The notes below the pieces were generated by a model. It was not told the origin of the DNA. It did not search any database and saw nothing but the letters and a program-made list of their open reading frames with translations. The position numbers and the translations under genes are program-made. From the NCBI GenBank assembly GCA_964630525.1, contig CAZVUY010000005.1, forward strand, positions 1,379-65,378: a DNA stretch of 64,000 nt. Reading direction: 5' to 3'. Positions 18,953 through 28,832 of this stretch are shown piece by piece. How positions within the stretch are numbered: the first letter of the stretch is position 1; each line of letters begins with the position of its first letter. This DNA comes from an uncultured Candidatus Saccharibacteria bacterium (GTDB lineage: Bacteria; Patescibacteriota; Minisyncoccia; Phycocordibacterales; WO2-35-19).

Positions 18953-20140
18953 TTATTTTAGAGTTAACAATGAGTTTACATAATGAATAGCTATGCCGCC
19001 AAAATTTTCGTTTTTGCCAAAGGTTTGTTGGAGACGACCAATCTGTTTATTGAGATGCTCCTTTGAAGTCCGATGGAAAGTGATATAAGGCGGCGGCACA
19101 TCACCGGTCTCTTGGGCGATGATTACCTTGGTCGTATGGTTACCTCGTAGAGCAGTTTGCATCTCGTTTTGAGAAATCTCGATCGAACCATCGTGCCCAT
19201 CGGCAAAAGTGCGGTAAGACATGACAATGATCGAGCTGTTGGCTCGCTGATCCAGGACGTTGAGTAAATGTTTGAACACCGCCGCCTTATTTTTCTGGTA
19301 GGTAAATTTGGGGGTGGATTTATCCTTCTCATCATAAAAATCTGGCACAACAACGGAAAAACGCAGATCACTTTCTTCTAAAAATTGTTGGGTTTTGTCG
19401 ACCAGCTCCACAAACCTGTAAAGGACTGCTGCCGGATCTTCGACAAAAGCATCGAGTAGGTAAGGTTCGACATCGTATTGAAAGCCTCTGAATTTATATT
19501 TTCTTGTCTCATTAAAATTTTTTACATAGTTGGCGATCGCGAAAGCCTTATAAGTATGGTCTGGCTCGGTCCAATTTTGCCAGCCTGCCTCAGCATCTAC
19601 TGCGATCCCAAAAGAATTGGCTTTGCGAATAAAGTTCTCGAGTTTCTGGCTGAATTCTTCTTTGAGTCTTTCCCGTTCTGACCCTTTGGGCATGGTAAAA
19701 ATGTCGAGGTAGCTATCTATCGAAATATAAATGGTATTTATACTGTTTGCAGCGGCCCCTTCGATGATCGAGCTCGTATATTCTGGCGTGAGCTGCATAG
19801 TCGGCGTCCAGAGCCAGGTACCACGCTCTTCAACATCTTCTGTCCGCGGTTCGGTCATTGATTTGAGTGTTTTGATAGCTGCTGCTATTTGATTCTTCAA
19901 GCTAAATTTTGGCTTGGCTGGAGTCTCGAAAGTAAGCTGTTGGTACTCCGGATTTGCGACGACGGCGCTCACGTTGATCGGCTGGTTTGAACGCAGAGAA
20001 ATTCTTTTATCAACGGAGTTGGAATGGGGGACTGACTGATTTTGCCAAAAGAAGCCCACAGTCAGAATAAATATCATTAATGCTCCTAATCCCCCAACCA
20101 AAAATCGTTTTTTATTTTTTGAGATTTTTTTCCTTCTCAC
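18953..20140 (-). CDS. membrane-anchored secreted hypothetical protein, possibly glycoside-hydrolase-like
   Basis: N-terminal TM/signal segment; 395 aa with no clear catalytic motif. Sits between two tRNA loci. Confidence 0.45.
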   Translation of the reverse strand: MRRKKISKNKKRFLVGGLGALMIFILTVGFFWQNQSVPHSNSVDKRISLRSNQPINVSAVVANPEYQQLTFETPAKPKFSLKNQIAAAIKTLKSMTEPRTEDVEERGTWLWTPTMQLTPEYTSSIIEGAAANSINTIYISIDSYLDIFTMPKGSERERLKEEFSQKLENFIRKANSFGIAVDAEAGWQNWTEPDHTYKAFAIANYVKNFNETRKYKFRGFQYDVEPYLLDAFVEDPAAVLYRFVELVDKTQQFLEESDLRFSVVVPDFYDEKDKSTPKFTYQKNKAAVFKHLLNVLDQRANSSIIVMSYRTFADGHDGSIEISQNEMQTALRGNHTTKVIIAQETGDVPPPYITFHRTSKEHLNKQIGRLQQTFGKNENFGGIAIHYVNSLLTLK

Positions 20141-20246
20141 CTAATCATTATAACGAAAAAACAAGATCAATTTCTAACATTTGGGGAAATTGAAGTTGAA
20201 AAAATTGAAAAGACATGATTATATTGAGAAAATAATAAAGGATGGG

Positions 20247-20319
20247 TTCATAAAAATGCGCGGTTAGCTCAATTGGTAGAGCGCCACATTGACGTTGTGG
20301 ATGTTATAAGTTCGAGTCT
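20247..20319 (+). tRNA. tRNA-Val(GAC)
   Basis: Acceptor GCGCGGT/ACCGCGC, D-arm GCTC..GAGC, anticodon loop TTGACGT, T-arm TTCGAGT. Confidence 0.85.
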
Positions 20320-20375
20320 TATACCGCGCACATACTCAGCCCCGACGTGTAGTCGGGGAGCCGACCGAAAGCGTC

Positions 20376-20436
20376 GGCTTTGGTAGAGCGCGTCATTGAC
20401 GTTGACGATGTCAGAGGTTCAAGTCCTCTACCGCCC
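20376..20436 (+). pseudogene. tRNA-Val-like partial copy (D-arm, anticodon arm with GAC, T-arm, 3' acceptor) lacking a matching 5' acceptor strand
   Basis: GCTTTGGTAGAGCGCGTCATTGACGTTGACG..AGAGGTTCAAGTCCTCTACCGCCCA. No GGGCGGT is found upstream. Two hairpins (CCCCGAC..TCGGGG and AGCCGAC..GTCGGCT) occupy the 5' side instead. Confidence 0.35.
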
Positions 20437-20922
20437 ACCCAGTATTTGACTTTTTGTTTGTGGGGATTAGAATGGCTGGCAACACAAAAACCCAGAGTGG
20501 GTGCCAGATCTTTCTCAAAAAGGTTGCGCAAGCAATGTTTTTAGAGAATTCCCCGGTCCGGTACCCATTCTGGGTTTTTGCAAACTAGAAAAAGTAATGG
20601 TTAATGCAATTATACCAAAATAAGGGGTAGCAAAACAATTCACAGTTTTAGTTGACATAGATTTGCTCTATTATAAAATTTGGGGGTGCTGATACATTTG
20701 GTCTGACCTTCTTTTGGGGAAGAGGAGGTTTTGGAAATAATCTCATGTTTCCCCAATTTTTCAACCAAAAAAACAATCGGATAAACAAAAAAGCCACTCG
20801 GCGCCTAGCCTTTTGAGTGGCTTTTTTGTTTGGTCGATACTTCTCTGCTTGGAAAGCTAGTATGCATAATCCAAGCAGGGAAGGAAAATCAGGGTTATTA
20901 GAAAAATTAATTTAGAAAAGTT

Positions 20923-21534
20923 ATGAAAAAACTTATAGCAACAGTTGCTTTGGCAGCTTTCGCTCTTTCGGCTTCAAGCGCTTCTGCTTTTTATTTTCCT
21001 TATTTCCAACAGAGCAACGATATTGAGGTCAAAAACGCAAGTTTTGCTAGCGTAACAAATGTCGTAACAACTTCTGCCAACACAGGAGCTAACAGCTCTT
21101 TTGGTGGTAGTGCTAAAAACAAAGTATTCGGCAAGGGGACCAATGGTAGCAACGAAGCTACTGGTGGCGACAGCGATGTAGCTACTGGTGACGCTTGGGC
21201 TGCTTCCATGGTTGGCAATGATGTTAATACCACTAAAACCAAAGTATCCGCAGACTGCGGCTGCAAAGGTGATATCACTGTCAAAAATAAGAATTCAGCC
21301 TCAGTAACCAATTTGGTTGATACTTATGCCAATACTGGATCCAACGTATCAGCTGGTGGTGATGCCAAAAACAAGGTTTCTGGTACTCAATACAGCTGGT
21401 GGTGGGGTAACAACGGAAACAATGGTAGCAACGAAGCTACTGGTGGCGACAGCGATGTAGTCACTGGTGACGCTGGCGCAGAAGCCACCGTCGTCAACAC
21501 CGTCAATCACACTGTAACCAGGATTGTTCGATAG
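20923..21534 (+). CDS. secreted repeat protein with signal peptide
   Basis: Signal peptide MKKLIATVALAAFALSASSASA. Internal duplication of a (A/V)NTG(A/S)N...GGD..ATGDA motif that is shared with the next gene. Confidence 0.6.
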   Translation: MKKLIATVALAAFALSASSASAFYFPYFQQSNDIEVKNASFASVTNVVTTSANTGANSSFGGSAKNKVFGKGTNGSNEATGGDSDVATGDAWAASMVGNDVNTTKTKVSADCGCKGDITVKNKNSASVTNLVDTYANTGSNVSAGGDAKNKVSGTQYSWWWGNNGNNGSNEATGGDSDVVTGDAGAEATVVNTVNHTVTRIVR

Positions 21535-21615
21535 TTCTTTTTCCGAAAGGTTCTGTTTTGCAGAGCCTTCGGGCTGAGCTCGGGAAAAACTGCTTTCCTT
21601 GGTTCATCCGGAGCC

Positions 21616-24063
21616 ATGATCAACATCTCATTTCGAGTCAACAAATATCGTCTGACAAAAATCACTTTCTCTATTTTCTTAATGAGCTGTCTTTTGAATT
21701 GGGCGCTCAATCCAAACCTGACCACCTTTGCTGAAGATGCAAGCCCGCCGACAGCGGATACACCCACCCCCACTCTAGAGGTGGCTCCAGAAATAACCGA
21801 GTCCACGCCAACTCAACCAACTACTGAAAGTACACCTACTGAGACTAGCGAAAATCCTGAAACTACCATAACCATAACGACTGAGCAGCAGGCAGAAATA
21901 TCGAATGTGACAGAGACTGTTGCCGATAGCGGCAACAACGAGTCTGGTCTTGCTGAAAGCCAGAATACCGACGCTACTATATCGACCGGGGAAACTGTTG
22001 CGAGCGTCGATGTTCTCAATGTTGTAAATACCAATATTGTGGATTCGGAAGGGGTAGTCTTGGTAAAAAGTGGCGATCTAGCAGAAACCTCTCTTGACTT
22101 GAGAGCGGAAATCGGTGAACCTGGCACCGCTACTCCCGATTGTAGTGACTGTCAATCTTCAACTACCATAACAACCCAAAATACAGCCATCGTGGACAAC
22201 CAAGTCTTAGTGGTAGCAAATAGCGGGGGCAACCTGGCTTCAAGCACCGAAGAAAGTAGTGTCACAACCGGTGACGCCTATGCAGGAGCCAATGTTGTCA
22301 ATTTGGTCAACACCAATTTTGTACAGTCCAAATATATACTCCTAGTCTTCAACAATTTTGGCGATTGGTCGGGCAATCTGGTCTTACCAAACGGCAATTT
22401 TTTCCAGGACTTCCTCTCTAGTTTTAGCAGCTGCTCCGACTGCCAATCTGATTTAAGCGTAGCAAACCAGAGTGAGGCGACGGTGACCAACTCAGTAGCT
22501 ACTCTCGCCAATAGCGGGGAAAACGATGCAACAGGAGAAAATACTACGATATTTTCAGGGGGAAGTGCCGCGATCAGCAATGTTTACAATCAAGTGAATA
22601 CTAATATTTATGGAGACTCATCTTTTCATTTATTGATAAAAGTGTTGGGCGATTGGAGTGGTAATATTTTCAATTTGCCACCCAATATCGATTGGCAACA
22701 GACTCAAGAAGGGATAATTTTGTTTGACAAAAAATCAGAGCCCAATTTGGTCGACCCCGATCAAAAAAATAATAGGGGAGGGAAAACTACCATCAACCAG
22801 GCAAATAGTGCTTTGGTAGCAAATAGTATCCAAACCATTGCTAACACCGGTTCCAATGAGGCAATTGGTGGCGATGCAAACATCGAGACCGGCGAAGCTT
22901 ATGCGGCTTCCAACGTGGTAAATATCGTCAACACCAATATTGTCAGCGCCAATTGGACAGCGGCTATTATAAACGTTTTGGGTGATTGGCGGGGTAACAT
23001 CTCTTTTGGAGAACCAGATTTGTGGGTAGGAACAGTCGCAGAGTCCGCCGGTAGCCTAGGCCCCGGCAGTTTGATCAAATTTACCACTACTATCAAAAAC
23101 AATGGTGATGCCCGTGCCAGCGCTATCAAGGTTGTGACCAAGCCCAGTCTGCCCTGGCTACTGTTCCAAGGAGAAAAAGAGTGGTTTGTAAGCCCGCTTC
23201 AGCCCGGAGAATCCACCACCATTTCTTATTATGCGAATGTGGATCAGAATGTGCCGGAAGGCCGCACCAATATGAATGCTGCCACAGCCGTTTCTTTGTT
23301 TGAAGATGATGGCAACCCAGGGGACAACCAAGACACAATCAGCCTATCTATTTACAAAGAACCAACTCTGATTACCCCATACACATCGAGAACTGCCAGC
23401 TACCCCAAAATTGAAGTTTCGAAAAAACATATAATCAGAAGCTCTGTAGTTATCGATAACAAAGAGATGGTACCTTTTGCTGGTGAGGTTGATTATGAAA
23501 TAGTGGTCAAAAATAAAGGGGGCGATGCTGCTCATGGTATTCTTTTCGATCAATTAAAAGACGAGAAAGGCAAGATTATAAGCACTCAGAGCTGGAGTCT
23601 GGGTAAAATACTCTCTGAAGAAGAGATAACTATCAATTACACTTCCAAATTCAATGAGAAAAGTGCGCCAGGAGTATATACCAACTACGCTTGGGTAGAG
23701 GCGCTGGGAGGGGATTATGAGGCCTTTGACGGGGCTTTGGCTGAAAGAGCAGATTCAAATGTTGCTTCTGATTCAGTCGTTTTGGCAGCGAAACCAACTG
23801 TCCCTGAAGTAATCGTCAATATACCAGAATTAATACAAGAGTCAGAACCGGCAGTCCTTGGGGTCTTTACCGAAAATGTTTCTCTCTTGTCAGAACCAGA
23901 ACCGGAAATCCGACCAGAAATACTCGGGGATTATTGTTTCGAAACCGCTGACAAACCGTCGGATGGCAAACTAACCCTTTCGGAAAGTGTCCTACTGGGG
24001 CTATCTTTCGTACTAATCATTCGCAAGAAAGACAAGATACCTTTCAATATCTTCCTGATCTAG
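21616..24063 (+). CDS. large cell-surface repeat protein (815 aa) with C-terminal hydrophobic anchor
   Basis: Signal peptide, a Thr/Pro-rich linker, at least five copies of the ANSG.N...TGDAYA..NVVN.VNTN.V motif, and a C-terminal LLGLSFVLIIRKKDK anchor-like tail. Confidence 0.6.
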   Translation: MINISFRVNKYRLTKITFSIFLMSCLLNWALNPNLTTFAEDASPPTADTPTPTLEVAPEITESTPTQPTTESTPTETSENPETTITITTEQQAEISNVTETVADSGNNESGLAESQNTDATISTGETVASVDVLNVVNTNIVDSEGVVLVKSGDLAETSLDLRAEIGEPGTATPDCSDCQSSTTITTQNTAIVDNQVLVVANSGGNLASSTEESSVTTGDAYAGANVVNLVNTNFVQSKYILLVFNNFGDWSGNLVLPNGNFFQDFLSSFSSCSDCQSDLSVANQSEATVTNSVATLANSGENDATGENTTIFSGGSAAISNVYNQVNTNIYGDSSFHLLIKVLGDWSGNIFNLPPNIDWQQTQEGIILFDKKSEPNLVDPDQKNNRGGKTTINQANSALVANSIQTIANTGSNEAIGGDANIETGEAYAASNVVNIVNTNIVSANWTAAIINVLGDWRGNISFGEPDLWVGTVAESAGSLGPGSLIKFTTTIKNNGDARASAIKVVTKPSLPWLLFQGEKEWFVSPLQPGESTTISYYANVDQNVPEGRTNMNAATAVSLFEDDGNPGDNQDTISLSIYKEPTLITPYTSRTASYPKIEVSKKHIIRSSVVIDNKEMVPFAGEVDYEIVVKNKGGDAAHGILFDQLKDEKGKIISTQSWSLGKILSEEEITINYTSKFNEKSAPGVYTNYAWVEALGGDYEAFDGALAERADSNVASDSVVLAAKPTVPEVIVNIPELIQESEPAVLGVFTENVSLLSEPEPEIRPEILGDYCFETADKPSDGKLTLSESVLLGLSFVLIIRKKDKIPFNIFLI

Positions 24064-24097
24064 CAAGCTAAGTTTTTTGTGCTAGTATTTAAATGAA

Positions 24098-24610
24098 ATG
24101 AAAGTTTCAAGAAAATTGGCACTCAAAAAATTTTATGTCGGCATTATAGCCGTTCTTTTGATATTGATTATTATCGTGCCGAGTATCCGCCTTTCCATTT
24201 TAGATTCCATCTCGGCGATTTACGCTTCTGTTTTGGTCAATCTGACCAACCGCGATAGGGTGCTCAACAATCTCTCCGAACTCAAAATCAATCCGCTGTT
24301 GGAAAAAGCGGCCCAAATGAAGGCTGACGACATGGCTGCCCGAAGCTACTTTGCGCACAATACCCCTGAAGGCAAAACACCTTGGTACTGGCTCGAGCTT
24401 GCCGGCTATGAATATCTCTATGCGGGTGAAAATTTGGCGGTCAATTTTCAAAATAGTGAAGAAGTGCAGACCGCTTGGATGAATTCGCGCGGGCACTTTT
24501 TGAATATCGTAAATCCTAAATTTAAAGAGATCGGCATCGCCACTTCCACCGGCGTTTACAAGGGCAGGGAAGCGATCTTCGTCGTCCAAATGTTCGGCAC
24601 ACCGAGGTAA
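24098..24610 (+). CDS. CAP/SCP (PR-1-like) domain protein, membrane-anchored
   Basis: N-terminal TM segment plus the CAP-domain pattern (AAQMKADDMAARSYFAHNTPEG...GENLA...WMNSRGHFLNI). Confidence 0.7.
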   Translation: MKVSRKLALKKFYVGIIAVLLILIIIVPSIRLSILDSISAIYASVLVNLTNRDRVLNNLSELKINPLLEKAAQMKADDMAARSYFAHNTPEGKTPWYWLELAGYEYLYAGENLAVNFQNSEEVQTAWMNSRGHFLNIVNPKFKEIGIATSTGVYKGREAIFVVQMFGTPR

Positions 24611-24673
24611 TAATTCTACCTACACAGATCTGCTACGACCGCGAGAAATGTGTGTAGGTGATTGGGAGAATAT

Positions 24674-25591
24674 TTAAAGATCTAAATAAATATCTTCGAG
24701 GGCTTTGACGGCGTCGCCGGCGGCGATATTGTTTTGGTGGTAGAGAGTATCAGTACAGTCGCCGGCGGCCCAGATACCAGGCACGCTGGTGCGTTGAGTT
24801 TTGTGATCTATTTTGATTCGATTGAGTTCGTCAATCTCCACTCCAACGGTTTGAGCAAAATCAGTCGCTGGTACATGACCAATCTCCACGAAAATGCCGT
24901 CGGTTGGGATCTCCACATCGTCAACGAAAGGTTGGGTGGTCTCATAGAAAATTGATTTTACGAAACCGTTACCTTTGATCTCGATCGGCGTGGCATGCGG
25001 AATCGCTTTCATTTTGGGGTTAGAAATCGCTTTTTCGACGGTGACCGGATCAGCCCTAAATTCACTTCGACTAAGGAGAGTTACGCTTTTGCAGTAGGCA
25101 AGTAGTTGGAGAGCGGATTCAAAGCCAGCATTGCCGCCACCGATCACTACCACATCTTTGCCAGTAAAAAATGGTCCGTCACAAGAAGCACAGTAAGTAA
25201 TGCCTTTACCCTCAAACTCTTTGGCGCCCTGCACCTCGAGTTTGCGACGTGAACCACCAGTCGCGATCAATATTTTTTTAGTCGAATATTCGCTTTTAGT
25301 GCTGAAAACTTTGAAGCCGTCGTCACTTTTTTCTATTTTTTCCACCAGCTCACCCTCGCGAATATCGACCACGTTGTCAGCATAAAATTTGACGTGCTCC
25401 TTTAAACTTTTCGCCAAGTCCATACCAGAAATGGCGACCGTACCGATCCAATTTTGGATTTCATTTGATTCGATACTTTGACCACCGAAAGATTCGGCGA
25501 TCAGAGCGGTCTTGATCTGCTTCCTGGCAGCATAAACACCAGCCGCCGCTCCAGCCGGTCCACCACCAATAATAACTAAATCGTAATTCAT
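24674..25591 (-). CDS. trxB: thioredoxin-disulfide reductase
   Basis: FAD motif VIIGGGPAGAAAG, redox-active CASCDG, and NADPH motif GGGNAGFE. Confidence 0.9.
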   Translation of the reverse strand: MNYDLVIIGGGPAGAAAGVYAARKQIKTALIAESFGGQSIESNEIQNWIGTVAISGMDLAKSLKEHVKFYADNVVDIREGELVEKIEKSDDGFKVFSTKSEYSTKKILIATGGSRRKLEVQGAKEFEGKGITYCASCDGPFFTGKDVVVIGGGNAGFESALQLLAYCKSVTLLSRSEFRADPVTVEKAISNPKMKAIPHATPIEIKGNGFVKSIFYETTQPFVDDVEIPTDGIFVEIGHVPATDFAQTVGVEIDELNRIKIDHKTQRTSVPGIWAAGDCTDTLYHQNNIAAGDAVKALEDIYLDL

Positions 25592-25709
25592 GCTTTGTAT
25601 GATAACACAAAAAAGTCCTCACCCCAATCTAGATTTTAGTATAATACGAAGTATTGCTCGCCCCTCTCCTTGCCAAGGAGAGGGGTTGGGGATGAGGTCG
25701 ATGAGGTTA

Positions 25710-26894
25710 TTATTTCAATTTCGAGCGTCGTAAGAAAGCTGGCACGGCGCCCCATTCGTCATCATCATCAATGATGACATTGCTTTTCTTTTCTTCTGGC
25801 TCTTCTTGGTTTTGAGTAGGTTGTGGAGCTTCTCGTCGCTCTTCTTTTTTGAATACAGAATTGAAAATCTTGCCCTTGCCAGAAGCATCACCTTCTTCTC
25901 TGTCTTTGTCAGCAAAAAGGCTATTTTTGACACCGAAATTCTCTGGGAAACCAGAAGCGATAACAGTGATCTTGATCTCGCCCTTTTTGAGTCGCTCATC
26001 GCGAACCGTACCGAAGATGATTTTGGCATTTGGATCGACTGATTCGGTGATCAGTTTAGCGGCATCGTGGATTTCAAACATGGTGAGATCATCGCCACCA
26101 GCAATAGAGAAGAGGACTCCCCGAGCACCGTTGATGGAAACTTCGAGAAGTGGGGAATTGATAGCAAGCTTGGCTGCCTCTTCGGCTCTCTTTTCACCTG
26201 AAGCCCGGCCGATACCCATGAGGGCTCCGCCAGCTCCTTCCATCACAGCTTTAATGTCAGCGAAATCGATATTGATCGTACCCGGAGTGGTGATGAGGTC
26301 AGAAATACCTTCCACTGCTTGTTTCAAGATATCATCACACATAGAGAAAGCACTTTTAGCCGAAGTATCTTTGCTGATGGTCGCCAACAAGCGATCGTTT
26401 GGAATGACGATAAGAGCGTCCACTGACTGGCGCAAATTTTCAAGACCAGCTTCAGCGATCCGCATTCTCTGGTTGCCTTCAAAGGCGAAAGGTTTGGTGA
26501 CTACTCCTACGGTGAGAATACCGAGCTCTTTGGCAGTCCGAGCGATCACTGGTGCTGCGCCGGTGCCGGTGCCGCCACCCATACCGCAAGCGATAAATAT
26601 CATATCCGCCCCTTTGAGCGCTTCTTGGATCTCTTCTTTAGTTTCTTCTACCGCTCTTTTGCCCAAGTCAGGGTCCATACCAGTACCCAAACCCCTGGTC
26701 AAATTTTTACCAATATGAATTTTCCTTTTTGCTTCGGAATGGTGCAGGTCTTGAGCATCGGTATTGACTGAAATAAAATCCACTCCTCGCACTTTGGAGT
26801 TGATCATGTGGTTCACTGCATTTTTACCCGAGCCACCAACCCCGATCACTCTGATGCGGGCAAAGGCTTCTACTTCTGGCTTGATTTGAGGCAT
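25710..26894 (-). CDS. ftsZ: cell division protein FtsZ
   Basis: Tubulin signature GGGTGTGAAPVIA, N-terminal GVGGSGKNAV, and a C-terminal acidic tail. Confidence 0.95.
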   Translation of the reverse strand: MPQIKPEVEAFARIRVIGVGGSGKNAVNHMINSKVRGVDFISVNTDAQDLHHSEAKRKIHIGKNLTRGLGTGMDPDLGKRAVEETKEEIQEALKGADMIFIACGMGGGTGTGAAPVIARTAKELGILTVGVVTKPFAFEGNQRMRIAEAGLENLRQSVDALIVIPNDRLLATISKDTSAKSAFSMCDDILKQAVEGISDLITTPGTINIDFADIKAVMEGAGGALMGIGRASGEKRAEEAAKLAINSPLLEVSINGARGVLFSIAGGDDLTMFEIHDAAKLITESVDPNAKIIFGTVRDERLKKGEIKITVIASGFPENFGVKNSLFADKDREEGDASGKGKIFNSVFKKEERREAPQPTQNQEEPEEKKSNVIIDDDDEWGAVPAFLRRSKLK

Positions 26895-26992
26895 ATTTGT
26901 TGCAAATTAAGATTGAAATTACAAAGACAATTGAATATTAGCAGAAAAACTAAAATTACAATACTTGCCAAAATCCCGAGCCATGTTCTAAA

Positions 26993-28189
26993 TTAGGGCA
27001 AAAACTGCTTCAATACTCTCCAGGCATTTTTGAAAAAATTTTGGCTATGTTTCTTCAGACCCAAACCCTCCTCTTCGTCTGGCATATTACCAACTACACA
27101 AAGACCGTAGGCCACTGACCAGGAAGAATCTTTGATTTGGAAACGGTTGTTTTGGTTGTTCTGCTGATTGCCGGCACTGACGTTGAGCGAGGCGATCCTG
27201 GCCGGCAAACGCAAGTAGCTACGTGCCAAATCTTCGATCAGCCCTATCGAAGAAGAGCCGCCAGTGATCATGATCCCGGCCGGCAACAAACCAGACTTAC
27301 CCATTTTTTTCAGATGAACTTCGATTAGTTCAAAAATATCGCTCAATCTGGCAGAAATTATTTCTTCCAACTTCTTTTTAGAAAAACTAGTGGCCGTGAT
27401 TCCGCCCAGTTTGATACTTTCCGCTTCATCAAGCGAAACTTTGAGACCAAGAGCGATATCGTTGGTAATGTCGCTGCCACCGATCGGAAAAACTTCAAGA
27501 GAAATCGGTATTTGGTTTTCAAAAACAACGATTGAAACAGTCTCGGCGCCAATGTTAGCGAGGACGCAGCCAGCGATCCGTTGGCTTTTGGTAAGTGTGA
27601 CGAACGAAGCAGCGATCGGTGAAGCCACCACATCGATTACCTTGATTCCCGCTTCTTCCACTGCTTCTACTAGGTCATCGAGGTGGTGTTCAATACAACT
27701 AATAAAAAGCACTTTGGCTTCGATCTTTACCCCCTTCATTCCAAGGACTCGGCCCAAAACCGGCTTACCATCAACCTTCCAAGCGGTTGGAATAGAATAG
27801 ATAATTTTCCTATTTTGGATTAGGGAGGGGGGAATCGATTCTTCAGCGGCCAGCATGGCCTGCTCGATATCAGCCTCGCTGATGGTTTGGTCAGCCCGGC
27901 CAATCATAGTAGAGCCTTGAGAGTTGATTCCGGAAAGACCAATTCCACCAACAGAAATAAAAGCTTTTTTGACTTTTATACCGGCCATTTTCTCGGCCTG
28001 GGCGACAGCCAAGCGAACACTCCTTTCCACGTCGGCAATGTTGATGGTATAGCCATGGCGCAAGCCTTTGGACTCAGCTCGACCGGTGCCCAAAACAGTG
28101 GGGAGAGCATTCTCATCAGTTTGCTCGGCGATCACAACACGTACTTCATAGGTACCTATGTCTATACCGGTTGTAATACGCGAGCTCAT
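26993..28189 (-). CDS. ftsA: cell division protein FtsA
   Basis: Actin-like ATPase fold (GIDIGTYEVRVV..., later GGS). Start placed at MSSRITTGIDIGT. Confidence 0.9.
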   Translation of the reverse strand: MSSRITTGIDIGTYEVRVVIAEQTDENALPTVLGTGRAESKGLRHGYTINIADVERSVRLAVAQAEKMAGIKVKKAFISVGGIGLSGINSQGSTMIGRADQTISEADIEQAMLAAEESIPPSLIQNRKIIYSIPTAWKVDGKPVLGRVLGMKGVKIEAKVLFISCIEHHLDDLVEAVEEAGIKVIDVVASPIAASFVTLTKSQRIAGCVLANIGAETVSIVVFENQIPISLEVFPIGGSDITNDIALGLKVSLDEAESIKLGGITATSFSKKKLEEIISARLSDIFELIEVHLKKMGKSGLLPAGIMITGGSSSIGLIEDLARSYLRLPARIASLNVSAGNQQNNQNNRFQIKDSSWSVAYGLCVVGNMPDEEEGLGLKKHSQNFFKNAWRVLKQFLP

Positions 28190-28571
28190 ATCTCTCCATT
28201 TTATCACCATGATCTAGGCCTTTCAAATGAAGGAGGGCGTGGATAACCAAGAATAATAAGTAATTTTCATAACTCATCTCAAAATTTTTTGATTTGGATT
28301 GAGCCACGTTTGGATTAATGAAAATTTCACCCAAATTTTTATCGGCAGTGAAAGAAAGTACGTCGGTCGCGTAATCTTTTTGCCGATAAACCTTGTTGAG
28401 AGTGCGCATCCTTTTTTTGCCAATAAGAGTGATCGAAAGTTCATACTGACGACCTAAAATTTCATCTTTTATCTCTTGAAAAGGGATTTTACTGAAACTT
28501 TTTGGGATCAAAAAAACGTTCTTGAGAGTGGAGTTCACAAAAACGTTCTGACCCTCTTTGATGGTTCTCAT
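28146..28571 (-). CDS. ybeY: rRNA maturation endoribonuclease YbeY
   Basis: HALLHLKGLDH is the H..LHL.G.DH zinc-binding motif. Confidence 0.7.
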   Translation of the reverse strand: MRTIKEGQNVFVNSTLKNVFLIPKSFSKIPFQEIKDEILGRQYELSITLIGKKRMRTLNKVYRQKDYATDVLSFTADKNLGEIFINPNVAQSKSKNFEMSYENYLLFLVIHALLHLKGLDHGDKMERYELAYYNRYRHRYL

Positions 28572-28808
28572 TTACTGGATTGTACCGGGCATTTTGCCCA
28601 TTTTGATCAGTTCGTGAATCTTCTCCTTAGCGGCTAATCTCTTTAAAGTTTTCTTCTTTTTTACATATTCGGAAAGATTGCGAGCACTGTACCTTTTGCT
28701 TCTAAGACGAGACAAAATACCAGAGCCCTGGACTCTTTTGGTGAATTTTCGGATGAGACCGAGGTTGTTGTCGGTCCCGCTTTTCGTGACTTCTACGTTT
28801 GTTGCCAT
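28572..28808 (-). CDS. rpsU: 30S ribosomal protein S21
   Basis: Small basic protein; LIRKFTKRVQGSGILSRLRSKRYSARNLSE resembles bS21. Confidence 0.55.
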   Translation of the reverse strand: MATNVEVTKSGTDNNLGLIRKFTKRVQGSGILSRLRSKRYSARNLSEYVKKKKTLKRLAAKEKIHELIKMGKMPGTIQ

Positions 28809-28832
28809 AGTGGAAAATATACTAACATGAGG

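Noticed and set aside
25849-26718. 289-aa plus-strand ORF, and others (25806-26042, 27390-27800, 27887-28246), antisense to ftsZ/ftsA
   Set aside because: They are shadow ORFs opposite strongly conserved genes. Their composition is Ser/Pro/Ala-rich, and no RBS is present.
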